DNA of 64,000 nucleotides, taken from contig DAIDJN010000059.1 in the NCBI GenBank assembly GCA_027451365.1, positions 43,317 through 107,316 on the forward strand, read 5' to 3'. This document shows, in pieces, positions 39,775-48,519 of the stretch. This DNA comes from Phycisphaerales bacterium (GTDB lineage: Bacteria > Planctomycetota > Phycisphaerae > WQYP01). Position 1 is the first letter of the stretch. Each line of letters opens with the position of its first letter. Both the position numbers and the translations under genes were made by a program. A model generated the notes under the pieces. It saw nothing but the letters and a program-made list of their open reading frames with translations. It searched no databases and was not told the origin of the DNA.

Positions 39775-40440
39775 TAGAAGGCAGAAGACGGAAAACAGAA
39801 GACAGAAGGCAGAAGACAGAAAACAGAAGGCGGAAGACAGAAGGCAGAAGGCGACGATTTTTACCACGAAGGCACGAAGACACGAAGAACGAGACAGAAG
39901 ATAACGATTTAGCCACAGAGGGCACGGAGAATCCACAGATTAACACAGATTTACACAGATTAACGGCAACGACGGATTTACCACGAAGGTACGAATGGCA
40001 CCAAGGCCAAAGAGGGCACAGAGAATTACACGAATAATCCACAGATTGACACAGATTTACACAGATTTACACAGATTTAATTAACCAGCCAGACAATCAG
40101 GGATACGAATTTGGCGAACGATTATCCACAGATTAACACAGATGAACACAGAGACGACGAACGCAGGGGGTATTGACCAATAAGACCACCAAGGAAACTA
40201 AGGACACAGAGAACAACACATTTAATCCACAGATTTACACAGATTGACACAGAGACGACAACGAGGCGATTAGCCACAGATTCTCACGGGGCTATAGCCT
40301 GTAAAATATTAATTATGGTCGTGGTTAATCTATGAAAATCTGTGTAAATCTGTGGACAGCATCGTCTTTCTTTGCGCTAAATTTAGTCGTCGTTAATCTG
40401 TGAAAATCTGTGTCCATCTGTGGATCAAACCGTCTCTTTG
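39775..40440. repeat. Intergenic composite inverted-repeat element, copy 2, plus a 7-mer tract (39775-39851)
   Basis: CAGAAGA tract, CACGAAG module and CACAGAT arrays flipping around the central motif at 40289-40321. Confidence 0.88.
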
Positions 40441-40483
40441 TTGTCCTCGCGAAACGGCTTTCCATTAGATTTCCCTGGCGAGG

Positions 40484-43400
40484 CTAAGCGGATTCGTTGC
40501 TTGCCGCAGCGGGTCCCGGAATCGGGATGGCCGCGGTGGGCGGAATCTGCTTTTCAGAAGCTGCCTGGGCCAGGCGTGTGGTATCCACGGTGGCGATGCG
40601 GCTTTGGCCGAATTCCCGCCAGCGGACTTCCACAAATTCCCGCAGCTTTTCGCGAAACACCGGGCGGCTGAACCGCATGGCGTTGGCGCGAATGGCGTGC
40701 GGGTCCCATTTTAAGCGTTCAAACCGATCTACCGCTTCGTTTAAGCTTTCCGCGGTATGTTCCATAAAGAACATTCCCGTGGCACCATCCACAACCGTTT
40801 CCGTGGCCCCGCCATGGCCGAAGGCGATAACGGGCGTGCCGCAGGCCTGGGCCTCCACCGGCACAATGCCGAAGTCTTCTTCGGCGGCGAAAATGAAGGC
40901 CCTGGCGTGCTGCATGTAATGGCGGAGTTCGGCTTCGGGCAATCGGCCGACCAATTTCACATTCGGACCGGCCAGAGCTTGAATTTTGTTGAATTCCGGG
41001 CCTTCGCCAACCACCACCAGGCGGCGGTTGGGCCTGCGGGAAAACGCTTCCACAATCAGGTCCATGCGTTTGTAGGGCACCATGCGGGACGCGGTTAAAT
41101 AATAATCCGCTTTCTGGCTGTCCAGCGAAAATGTATCTGTATCCACGGGCGGATATAGCGTGGTGGCCGATCGACCATATACCTTGTTAATGCGGCGGCC
41201 GACAAAATCGGAATTGGCTATAAACGCATCCACGCCATGGCTGGTGCGGACATCCCATAGTCGCAGGTAATGAAGAATGGCCCGCGCGGCCAGGCTTTTT
41301 ATTCCCGCCGTTAAGGAGGCTTCCTTAAGGTACTGGTGCTGCAGGTCCCAGGCGAAACGCACCGGGCTGTGGCAGTAGCAGATGTGAAGCTGGTCGGGCC
41401 GTGTCAGAATTCCTTTGGCCACCAGATACGAACTGGATAACACAATGTCGTATTGCGATACGTTAATTTGTTCAATCGCCATGGGCATCAGCGGCAGATA
41501 GGCGCGGTGTTTGCGGCGGGCCAGCGGCATTTTCTGCAGAAAGCTGGTGGTGACGGGTTTGTTCTTTATGAACGCCCGGTTTTCCGGTGGAAGGAAATCA
41601 AACAGGCTGAAAAGGTCCGCACTGGGGAAAACCTCCAGCATCTGTTCCAGCACCCTTTCGGCTCCGCCACAGGTGTACAGGAAATCGTGAACAATGGCGA
41701 TTTTAAGATCACCGACCGGACGGGTATAGCGGTGGCGCAATGGGTCGATATTTTCCAGTGGCGGCGTAATGCGGCCGGCGATGGGTGGGGGAATTTCAGC
41801 GATCAATCCCGGCGGGGGGGAAAGTGCCGGGACCGGGTCTTCGGCTTTCTGACTTTTTGCATCCATGTTCTTACCGGTGTCCTTGAATTCTTCTTTATTC
41901 CGCGTTCTTTGTTCGCCGAAGTTTATGGCCTTGAAAATGCCCGAGCCGGTATTTTTCTGTCCTTTTCCGGGTGGATTGGGCTTGCCGGAACCAAAAATAC
42001 GTATTCGGAACGGACCGGGGTTCTGGTCTGGCAGGCTGGCCAGAGAATTTTCTTCCATCAGCCGCGCAAACAGCGCCAGCCGATGCCCGGCGGATTCCAG
42101 AAACGTGGTGCTGGGAATGGTGAGTTCAAGTGTCATGTGCGGGCCGATGCGCCGATGGCGAATGGGCAAAGAAGCCTGCAGCAGCGGGGCACCGGCGAAA
42201 TCTTCCTCCGGGGCGGTCCAGAAGCGCGGTTCCGTGGTGCCATCTCGCCGGGTAATGGTCATGGCCACCCGGCTGAAGTGCAGCATTTGCGCGCCTTGGC
42301 ATACGCTTTCCCACCAGGCATCAAACGTGCCGGCGCGGCTTAAACGAAGCTGCAGCATTTCAAACGCCTGCCGGTATTGTTTGCTTTCGCGGGCCAGTTG
42401 CCGATTGCGCCGAATGGCGTGAATAAGGTCGAAGAATCGCGTGGACCCGGCGGAACGGAACAGTACCAGCAGCAGAAACGCCAGAATCAACAGGTACAAG
42501 ACCCGCAGATTGCGGCCGCAATTCAGGATTAATATCGCCAGCAGGCCGGAGGCTGCGCTGAAAACATACAGGAAATAGACCGCATGTTTATGACTCAGGC
42601 CAAGGTCAAGCAACCGGTGATGAATATGGCCGCGTTCAGCCGCAAAAAGGGATCGGCGGTGCAGAATGCCGCGGCGTAAAAGAGTGGCCACGGTATCCAG
42701 CAGGGGGACGCAAAGGGCAATGGCGGGCACCAGGACGCCTTCCAGATTTCCGGTTTTGCCGGCCAGAGCCACCGTGCCGGCGGCAATAACAAAGCCAATA
42801 AACAGGCTGCCGCCATCGCCCATGAACACCCGTGCCGGATTAAAATTAAACAGCAGAAACGCGGTAATGGACCCGGCCATGGCCAGCATAAGAATGGCAA
42901 TGCTTACTTCACCAAGCGCCGCGGCGGTAATGGCGACAACGAGTGCCGCAACGCCGGAAATACCGCCGGCCAGGCCATCAAGCCCGTCGGTAAAATTCAG
43001 GCTGATGGGCACGGTTATAAGCCAGAACATGGTTACTGGCCACGCAAGCCAGGAAAGGTGCGTCAGCCAGGCGGGCGCGTTCCAGGCGGCCGGCAGGATC
43101 AGATTCGGAATCGGTATCTGCGCGCCGTAGGCGGTAAAAAGCCATGCGATAACCAGCAGCCCAATAAGCTTGAGTTTGGCCGGAATATTAATCAGATCAT
43201 CCACCACGCCCAGCGCCAGCAGCATAAGGGAAGCGGCTATCAGGGCGGCCATGGGAGTGCGAATAAGGTGGCCAACCATTTCGGAACTGCGATAGACAAT
43301 CAGCACCGGAATGGCGACGGCCATGGCGGCCAGTGCGATGGCCAGCCCGCCGACGCGGGGAATGGGTCGCTGATGCACTTTGCGCGCATCGGGTACATCC

Positions 43401-43504
43401 ACCAGGCCAAGGTGCTTGGCCATGATAATAACGGGCGGCAGCAGCAGCACGCCGGCGCAGATCCCACCCACGTAGGAAATGCCGTACCATGATGAATGAT
43501 CCAT
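40484..43504 (-). CDS. WecA/MraY-family phosphoglycosyl transferase fused to a GT4 (WbaZ-like) glycosyltransferase
   Basis: N-part: DVPDARKVH..PIPRVGG, GVVDD, NFTDGLDGLA, FMGDGGS, HIHHRLL. C-part: AIVHDFL..GGAERVL, YCHSPVRFAWD, EEDFGIVPVEAQACG. Confidence 0.88.
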   Translation of the reverse strand: MDHSSWYGISYVGGICAGVLLLPPVIIMAKHLGLVDVPDARKVHQRPIPRVGGLAIALAAMAVAIPVLIVYRSSEMVGHLIRTPMAALIAASLMLLALGVVDDLINIPAKLKLIGLLVIAWLFTAYGAQIPIPNLILPAAWNAPAWLTHLSWLAWPVTMFWLITVPISLNFTDGLDGLAGGISGVAALVVAITAAALGEVSIAILMLAMAGSITAFLLFNFNPARVFMGDGGSLFIGFVIAAGTVALAGKTGNLEGVLVPAIALCVPLLDTVATLLRRGILHRRSLFAAERGHIHHRLLDLGLSHKHAVYFLYVFSAASGLLAILILNCGRNLRVLYLLILAFLLLVLFRSAGSTRFFDLIHAIRRNRQLARESKQYRQAFEMLQLRLSRAGTFDAWWESVCQGAQMLHFSRVAMTITRRDGTTEPRFWTAPEEDFAGAPLLQASLPIRHRRIGPHMTLELTIPSTTFLESAGHRLALFARLMEENSLASLPDQNPGPFRIRIFGSGKPNPPGKGQKNTGSGIFKAINFGEQRTRNKEEFKDTGKNMDAKSQKAEDPVPALSPPPGLIAEIPPPIAGRITPPLENIDPLRHRYTRPVGDLKIAIVHDFLYTCGGAERVLEQMLEVFPSADLFSLFDFLPPENRAFIKNKPVTTSFLQKMPLARRKHRAYLPLMPMAIEQINVSQYDIVLSSSYLVAKGILTRPDQLHICYCHSPVRFAWDLQHQYLKEASLTAGIKSLAARAILHYLRLWDVRTSHGVDAFIANSDFVGRRINKVYGRSATTLYPPVDTDTFSLDSQKADYYLTASRMVPYKRMDLIVEAFSRRPNRRLVVVGEGPEFNKIQALAGPNVKLVGRLPEAELRHYMQHARAFIFAAEEDFGIVPVEAQACGTPVIAFGHGGATETVVDGATGMFFMEHTAESLNEAVDRFERLKWDPHAIRANAMRFSRPVFREKLREFVEVRWREFGQSRIATVDTTRLAQAASEKQIPPTAAIPIPGPAAASNESA

Positions 43505-43661
43505 AAATTATCCGTTGGAAATCATAGGATTGGTTACCCGTGGCATAGCGCCGAAAAGCCGCGGCCTTATAGTGCAATCAGCGGTAACAGCATGATTTGG
43601 CCAGTCAAGTCTGAATACCGCGCGCTGGCCGGAAAAAGTTGATCATCTTCCGCCGGGCGGC

Positions 43662-46600
43662 TTATTGAATTCGCAATTGGGCTTGCAATTGCCGGTAATG
43701 TTTGCGGGCGTTCACGGAAAGTTCCTGCAACTGTGTGGCATCGGGGCGGAAACCTGCCAGAACCGAACGCGCCTGGGCTGTATTGCCGGAGGCCAGAAGA
43801 ATTGCCGCCGTATCCACCGGCCATAGCGGGTTGTTCGGGTCCAGCGCCTTGGCCTTGGCCATAGATGTCAGTGCCTGCGGATATTTTCCTTCGGCGGCTT
43901 GTACCCGCGCCAGGGTATCCCACAGTGTGGGGCTTTGGGGCGCAAGATTGATCGCCTGATGGGCCAGGGTCGCGGCCCGTTCAATGTCGGCCGGCGACAG
44001 GGGGGATTGCCGCAGCAGAAGAATGGCCAGATTGTTCAAAGCGATGGTCTGTTTGGGATCCAGGGTCAACACCTGGTTATAAATTCCGATGGCCGGGGCA
44101 TTTTGTCCGCTGACCAGTTCAATGGTGGCCAGGTCTGATAGCAGATTGATTTTCTGGGCCTTGTTGAAATTCTGACCGCTGGCCAGCAAAGAGCGGATCA
44201 GCGATTCGGCGCGTGCCGTGGCGGCGGCGTTGTGAAACCGCTGCCCAATCGCCCACCAGCCCTGGGCCAGAGCCAGTTGTTCACGATTGCCTTTTGGTCC
44301 AGTAGTTATGTATTTAGATATATAATTAATCCAGTTCGTGGCGGACCGCAACGGCAGGGTTTCGGCGGCCAGCGGCATGGCTCCTATGCGGACACTTGCG
44401 GATATTTTCGCCAGGGGCCATAACAGCTGGCGCGCCGCGATGGGGTCTGCGTTCAAAATGTCGGCTTGCGCCGCAAGAATTAAAAGCTGGTGCAACTGAT
44501 CGGGATTTTGTTTTGCCTGGGCCAGATACGGCTTTATCCGGCTGATCGCGCTGGCGGGGTCTTCCAGATTAATATCGGCGGTTGCCATCACCACATCCGC
44601 CGCCACACGGTTGCCGCTCATGCGTTTCCGCCACTGTTGTGCCGCGTTAAGGCAGCTTGCCCATTGTCGCAACTGTAAATAGGCCAGCGCGGCGATACGC
44701 GCACTGGAAGGGTCCGCTGGAAATTTTGCCATTGTGCGAATCGCCAGGGATGCCGCATCCGCGGCCTGTCCGGTGGCCAGCAGAACTTTTGCGGTGGCGT
44801 TTCGCAGATCAAGGTCATGCGGATATTCCACCACCAGCGATTGAAGCCGTGCGCTTATGGCTGTATTGCTCGGCTTGCCGGTAAGTGCGTCGGCAAGTGC
44901 CAGCACCACCGGCTGGGTGCCATCGGGGGCGGGGGTTTGCAGCAGAGCGGACACTAGCCGCCGAAAAAGGACTAATTTGTTTACTTTCAGCACGGCTGCC
45001 AGATTGTTGTTCAGGAACCGCAGCGTGGTGTTGTGCGGCAATTCGGCTGTTGCCGCCGCAAGCGTTGCTTTCACCGCCGAAGTGTCGTTCAGGGCAAGTT
45101 CAAAATTCAGGAGGGAAAGCCATGGCGACGAACGCTTGGGAGCCGCCTGCACGGCGGCATTGTACGCGTCTCTGGCTTGCGCACCCAAATTGTGATTCAT
45201 ATAAAAGTCGCCGGCAATAAGATCGGCCTCTCCAGCGGGAAGTTTTATTGTGGCCAGCCGATCAAGCAGCGCCTGGGCGCGCTTCAAATTTCCCTGATCT
45301 CCGTAAAAGTTGGCGGCCGCGGCCAGCACCGCCGCATCGGGTTTTTTCAGGAGTTGGTCAAACAGTGTTGCGGCCGCCGCGGTATTTCCCGCACGTTGAT
45401 AGAGTTGTGCCAGCAGCAGCGACCGGGCGAGTCCCAGTTTGTGGCTTTGGGCCTGCTTTTCCAGCAGGGTAATGGCCTGACTGTTATGTCCGTCTATGGC
45501 AAAAAGCGTCGCGGCTTGTTTCTGTTGTGCGGGTGTGGCATAACTGGAATCAGCCACATCGGCCAGGTACTGTTGAGCATGGCTCGTGCGCCCCTGTTTT
45601 TGATACAGTTGTGCCAGCGTGAGTGCCAGACCGGGATTTCGCGGAGTAAGTGCATATGCCACTTGAAGCTGATTGATCGCCTGGGTAATTTTTCCCTGTT
45701 TCTGGTATACGGAAGCAAGCAGCAAATGCGGCCCCAGCACGCCGTTAGATTCCTGAATATCTTCATGAAGCAGTTTCACCACAAGTTTGAGATCCGCCGG
45801 TGTCGGCTTGTGGCTTAGCAGCCAGCCAGCCTTGCTTAGCTTCCATGCGAAACCGCGATTGCCGATAATTTTTTCCAAGCGGTTAAAAGCACCGAGTACA
45901 AACTTCCGGTCATTCTGCATGATGGGGGATTCAATCGCCAGCCATTGGGCCCGTGTGTTGTCCGGACTGGCGGCGACCGCTTTTTTCCATGCTTTTGCGG
46001 CCGCCGGATTTTTCTGTATCGACAGATATTCCGCCAGTGCAAGCCGCCATTGTGCCGCATCGGGTCCGGTTCTCTGGCTGTTCTGCCGCAGCAGAGTGAA
46101 CCCCTGGTTGGGATGTTTAGCCTGGGCCAACAGCAGCGCACGGGCCAGCACGATGGCGGGCGTTTTTCCATACGCATGTTCGGCCTGCGCCAGAACGGTG
46201 GTGCCAAGGCCTAATTTGGCATTATGGCTGATACTATACAGGGCTAAAAAGGCCGTCTGGGGCAGCGGCGGCTTTTGCCGCAGTGCTTGAATCAGCAGTT
46301 GTTTTGCCTTGGCGGTCTGGCCCAGTTGCAGATAAACCCGTATACGCGTAATCACCAGATCGCTGTCAACCGGCTGCTGGTGGGCCAGCTTGGCCAGATC
46401 TGTCAGCAGGGCAACGGGAGGGTGCTTTGGATTAAGTGGTGTGCTGGCCACCCGTACAATTGCCTGGGCGGCCTGAAGCCGAGGCGAATCCGGTGCCAGT
46501 TTTACAGCCTTGTGCATAATGGCCCGCGCAAAGGCGGCGTCGCCGCCCCTGACAGATTCCATGGCCAGGCGTTCCAGGGGCTTCGGCCAGGTAAGTGCGG

Positions 46601-47840
46601 CGCTGGCGGCCACCAGCCAGTATTGCCGGGCAACTTCAGGCTCGCCGGCCCGCTGATAGGCGTTGCCCAGGCGATATAGAAAATATGGCTGATCGGGAAA
46701 CGTGGCCTGGGCTGTTTTTAAAACGGAAATTCGGGTTGCGTCCGTCACCTGTTTATTCAGTCGCAGGGCCAATACCGCGGCCCAGTTCTGGGCGGCCGGC
46801 GTGGATATCTTTTTGAGTGCCGCGATGATCTTCCGGGCGGCGGATTTTTCATGCAGGGCCAGCAGCGAACGGGCCTTGTAGGCCGCCAGAACTTCGTTCT
46901 CCATCGGGTTGACGGTTTTGGTGATGGCCAGCACCTGATGGTTGTGGCCATGCTGGTAAAGACGCTCGCAAAGCGCCCGCAAAATATCTTTTTGCGCGCC
47001 GTCGGCCACCGCATTGCGCAACACCACGGTGGCGCGTTTCGAGAGGTTTAACCGATCCAGTTGATTGACCAGGGGCAGAATCAGGACTTGCGGCAGGTGT
47101 CGCAGCCGTGACAGCCGCAGAATAATGGTGGTGGCGCGGGACACATGGCCGGACACCAGATTCGCCACGGCCTGCAGGAATTGATACGCGGGCGCGGAGG
47201 GGTTTTTCTTCACAAGATTTTGCGCCCAGATCGTAATCTGGCGGTTGGGGAGCTGTTGCTGGCGCATCAGTTCTATTGCCAGGAGGCCTTCCCTGAGCCG
47301 ATCTGGAGAAAGTTCTACACATCTAGATGCGTAAGTAAAAGCCTCTGAAAGCTTGCGAAGCCGTGTGAGCGCCTGGGCCAATGCGCTAAGCGCGGTCAGA
47401 TTCCGCGGGTCTTTTTGCAAAATGGTATGGGCCAGGGTGACCGCTTCCACGTTGGCGTTGGTCTGAATCAGCAGTTTCAGAAGCATCGTCTGATATTTCA
47501 GATCGCCCGGAACCTGATACAGAATCTGGTGGAGCACGCCGATCGCCTGGAACAGATTGCGTCCCCGCGGCTGCGGTACTTTCAAACTGGCTTTTGCATA
47601 AGCCTTCAGGCTTGCCAGATCCGAAGGGTTCTGCCCGAGATAGGCGCCCAGGTCATTGACACCGGTCGGATAATTACCGGCTTTTACCGCGGCCAGCCCG
47701 GCGGCGCGTAAATGCAGGAAATGCTCCGCAATCCGGTGTTTCCGGTAGATATAAAGTGACCCAAGCACGAAAACCAGAATCAAAAACGACGTCGCCAGTA
47801 TTAAAAGACGGCGTTTCATTCTGCTGCGGGGAGGAGCCAT
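43662..47840 (-). CDS. Large TPR-repeat protein with N-terminal membrane anchor (EPS/exosortase-locus associated)
   Basis: Basic N-terminus plus one TM segment, many TPR-like helices (ALNNLA..., DTLARV); start at MAPPRSR behind GGAG. Confidence 0.8.
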   Translation of the reverse strand: MAPPRSRMKRRLLILATSFLILVFVLGSLYIYRKHRIAEHFLHLRAAGLAAVKAGNYPTGVNDLGAYLGQNPSDLASLKAYAKASLKVPQPRGRNLFQAIGVLHQILYQVPGDLKYQTMLLKLLIQTNANVEAVTLAHTILQKDPRNLTALSALAQALTRLRKLSEAFTYASRCVELSPDRLREGLLAIELMRQQQLPNRQITIWAQNLVKKNPSAPAYQFLQAVANLVSGHVSRATTIILRLSRLRHLPQVLILPLVNQLDRLNLSKRATVVLRNAVADGAQKDILRALCERLYQHGHNHQVLAITKTVNPMENEVLAAYKARSLLALHEKSAARKIIAALKKISTPAAQNWAAVLALRLNKQVTDATRISVLKTAQATFPDQPYFLYRLGNAYQRAGEPEVARQYWLVAASAALTWPKPLERLAMESVRGGDAAFARAIMHKAVKLAPDSPRLQAAQAIVRVASTPLNPKHPPVALLTDLAKLAHQQPVDSDLVITRIRVYLQLGQTAKAKQLLIQALRQKPPLPQTAFLALYSISHNAKLGLGTTVLAQAEHAYGKTPAIVLARALLLAQAKHPNQGFTLLRQNSQRTGPDAAQWRLALAEYLSIQKNPAAAKAWKKAVAASPDNTRAQWLAIESPIMQNDRKFVLGAFNRLEKIIGNRGFAWKLSKAGWLLSHKPTPADLKLVVKLLHEDIQESNGVLGPHLLLASVYQKQGKITQAINQLQVAYALTPRNPGLALTLAQLYQKQGRTSHAQQYLADVADSSYATPAQQKQAATLFAIDGHNSQAITLLEKQAQSHKLGLARSLLLAQLYQRAGNTAAAATLFDQLLKKPDAAVLAAAANFYGDQGNLKRAQALLDRLATIKLPAGEADLIAGDFYMNHNLGAQARDAYNAAVQAAPKRSSPWLSLLNFELALNDTSAVKATLAAATAELPHNTTLRFLNNNLAAVLKVNKLVLFRRLVSALLQTPAPDGTQPVVLALADALTGKPSNTAISARLQSLVVEYPHDLDLRNATAKVLLATGQAADAASLAIRTMAKFPADPSSARIAALAYLQLRQWASCLNAAQQWRKRMSGNRVAADVVMATADINLEDPASAISRIKPYLAQAKQNPDQLHQLLILAAQADILNADPIAARQLLWPLAKISASVRIGAMPLAAETLPLRSATNWINYISKYITTGPKGNREQLALAQGWWAIGQRFHNAAATARAESLIRSLLASGQNFNKAQKINLLSDLATIELVSGQNAPAIGIYNQVLTLDPKQTIALNNLAILLLRQSPLSPADIERAATLAHQAINLAPQSPTLWDTLARVQAAEGKYPQALTSMAKAKALDPNNPLWPVDTAAILLASGNTAQARSVLAGFRPDATQLQELSVNARKHYRQLQAQLRIQ

Positions 47841-47889
47841 ATGGTTCTCCAGAAAATACCTGCCATGCCAAATGTGTTCGGCAGTTTGT

Positions 47890-48519
47890 TCAGCGGTCAA
47901 AAATGGCGGTTTGACGGGGCAATGCTGTGCCATTCCATTGTTCGTGACCAAGACCGATCCAGAGCGGGCGTGCCGGCGATTGCATCAATCGAGCATCGGC
48001 ATTGGCCGGACCGCGGATCTTGCGGCCCAGCTTGGTGACGCCCTCTATGGTCAGTTCCGGATCGTTCCAGTCGCGCGCCAGTGATCCGACATATTCCTCA
48101 GCTTGTTCCGGACCATAGACACGACCAGGAATTCGGATGGCTGCATTATCCGGAAAAGCGGCTCGCAAAGCCATCCAAGGACGTGATTTTGCCGCCATAC
48201 CCGCCCAGAATTCCGCCACAGTTGGCAATACGGTCATGGCCAGTCGCAGGGGTTTGTCATATCCGGCCTGCGGCTTTAACCCGATCAGATAAAGCGAATG
48301 ATGCACCCAGTAATGCCGTTCCAGAACCGCGTGCAAATGCAGTCGCACCAGTGCGGAACCTTCCGTAAGCAGATAGACCCTTGTCGCGCCCGCCGCGGGC
48401 AAGTGGCCTCCGCGACGCACCACGGCCACTTCGCGAGCCATCCAGTATCGGTCGTGAAGGTCAACGACCGAAAGCCCCCAAAGCTGCAGTGGCTGGTTAT
48501 TCATTGGCGGATTTGTCAC
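47890..48519 (-). CDS. Hypothetical protein (possibly resembles the N-terminal region of Phycisphaerae sugar transferases)
   Basis: ORF fits operon spacing; the family resemblance (LWGL...LHDRYW.AR.V.VVR) is from recall only. Confidence 0.5.
   Translation of the reverse strand: MTNPPMNNQPLQLWGLSVVDLHDRYWMAREVAVVRRGGHLPAAGATRVYLLTEGSALVRLHLHAVLERHYWVHHSLYLIGLKPQAGYDKPLRLAMTVLPTVAEFWAGMAAKSRPWMALRAAFPDNAAIRIPGRVYGPEQAEEYVGSLARDWNDPELTIEGVTKLGRKIRGPANADARLMQSPARPLWIGLGHEQWNGTALPRQTAIFDR

Noticed and set aside
21435..40440. CRISPR array
   Set aside because: Repeats are tandem 7/10-mers or 89-105 bp units without unique spacers, and no cas genes are present.
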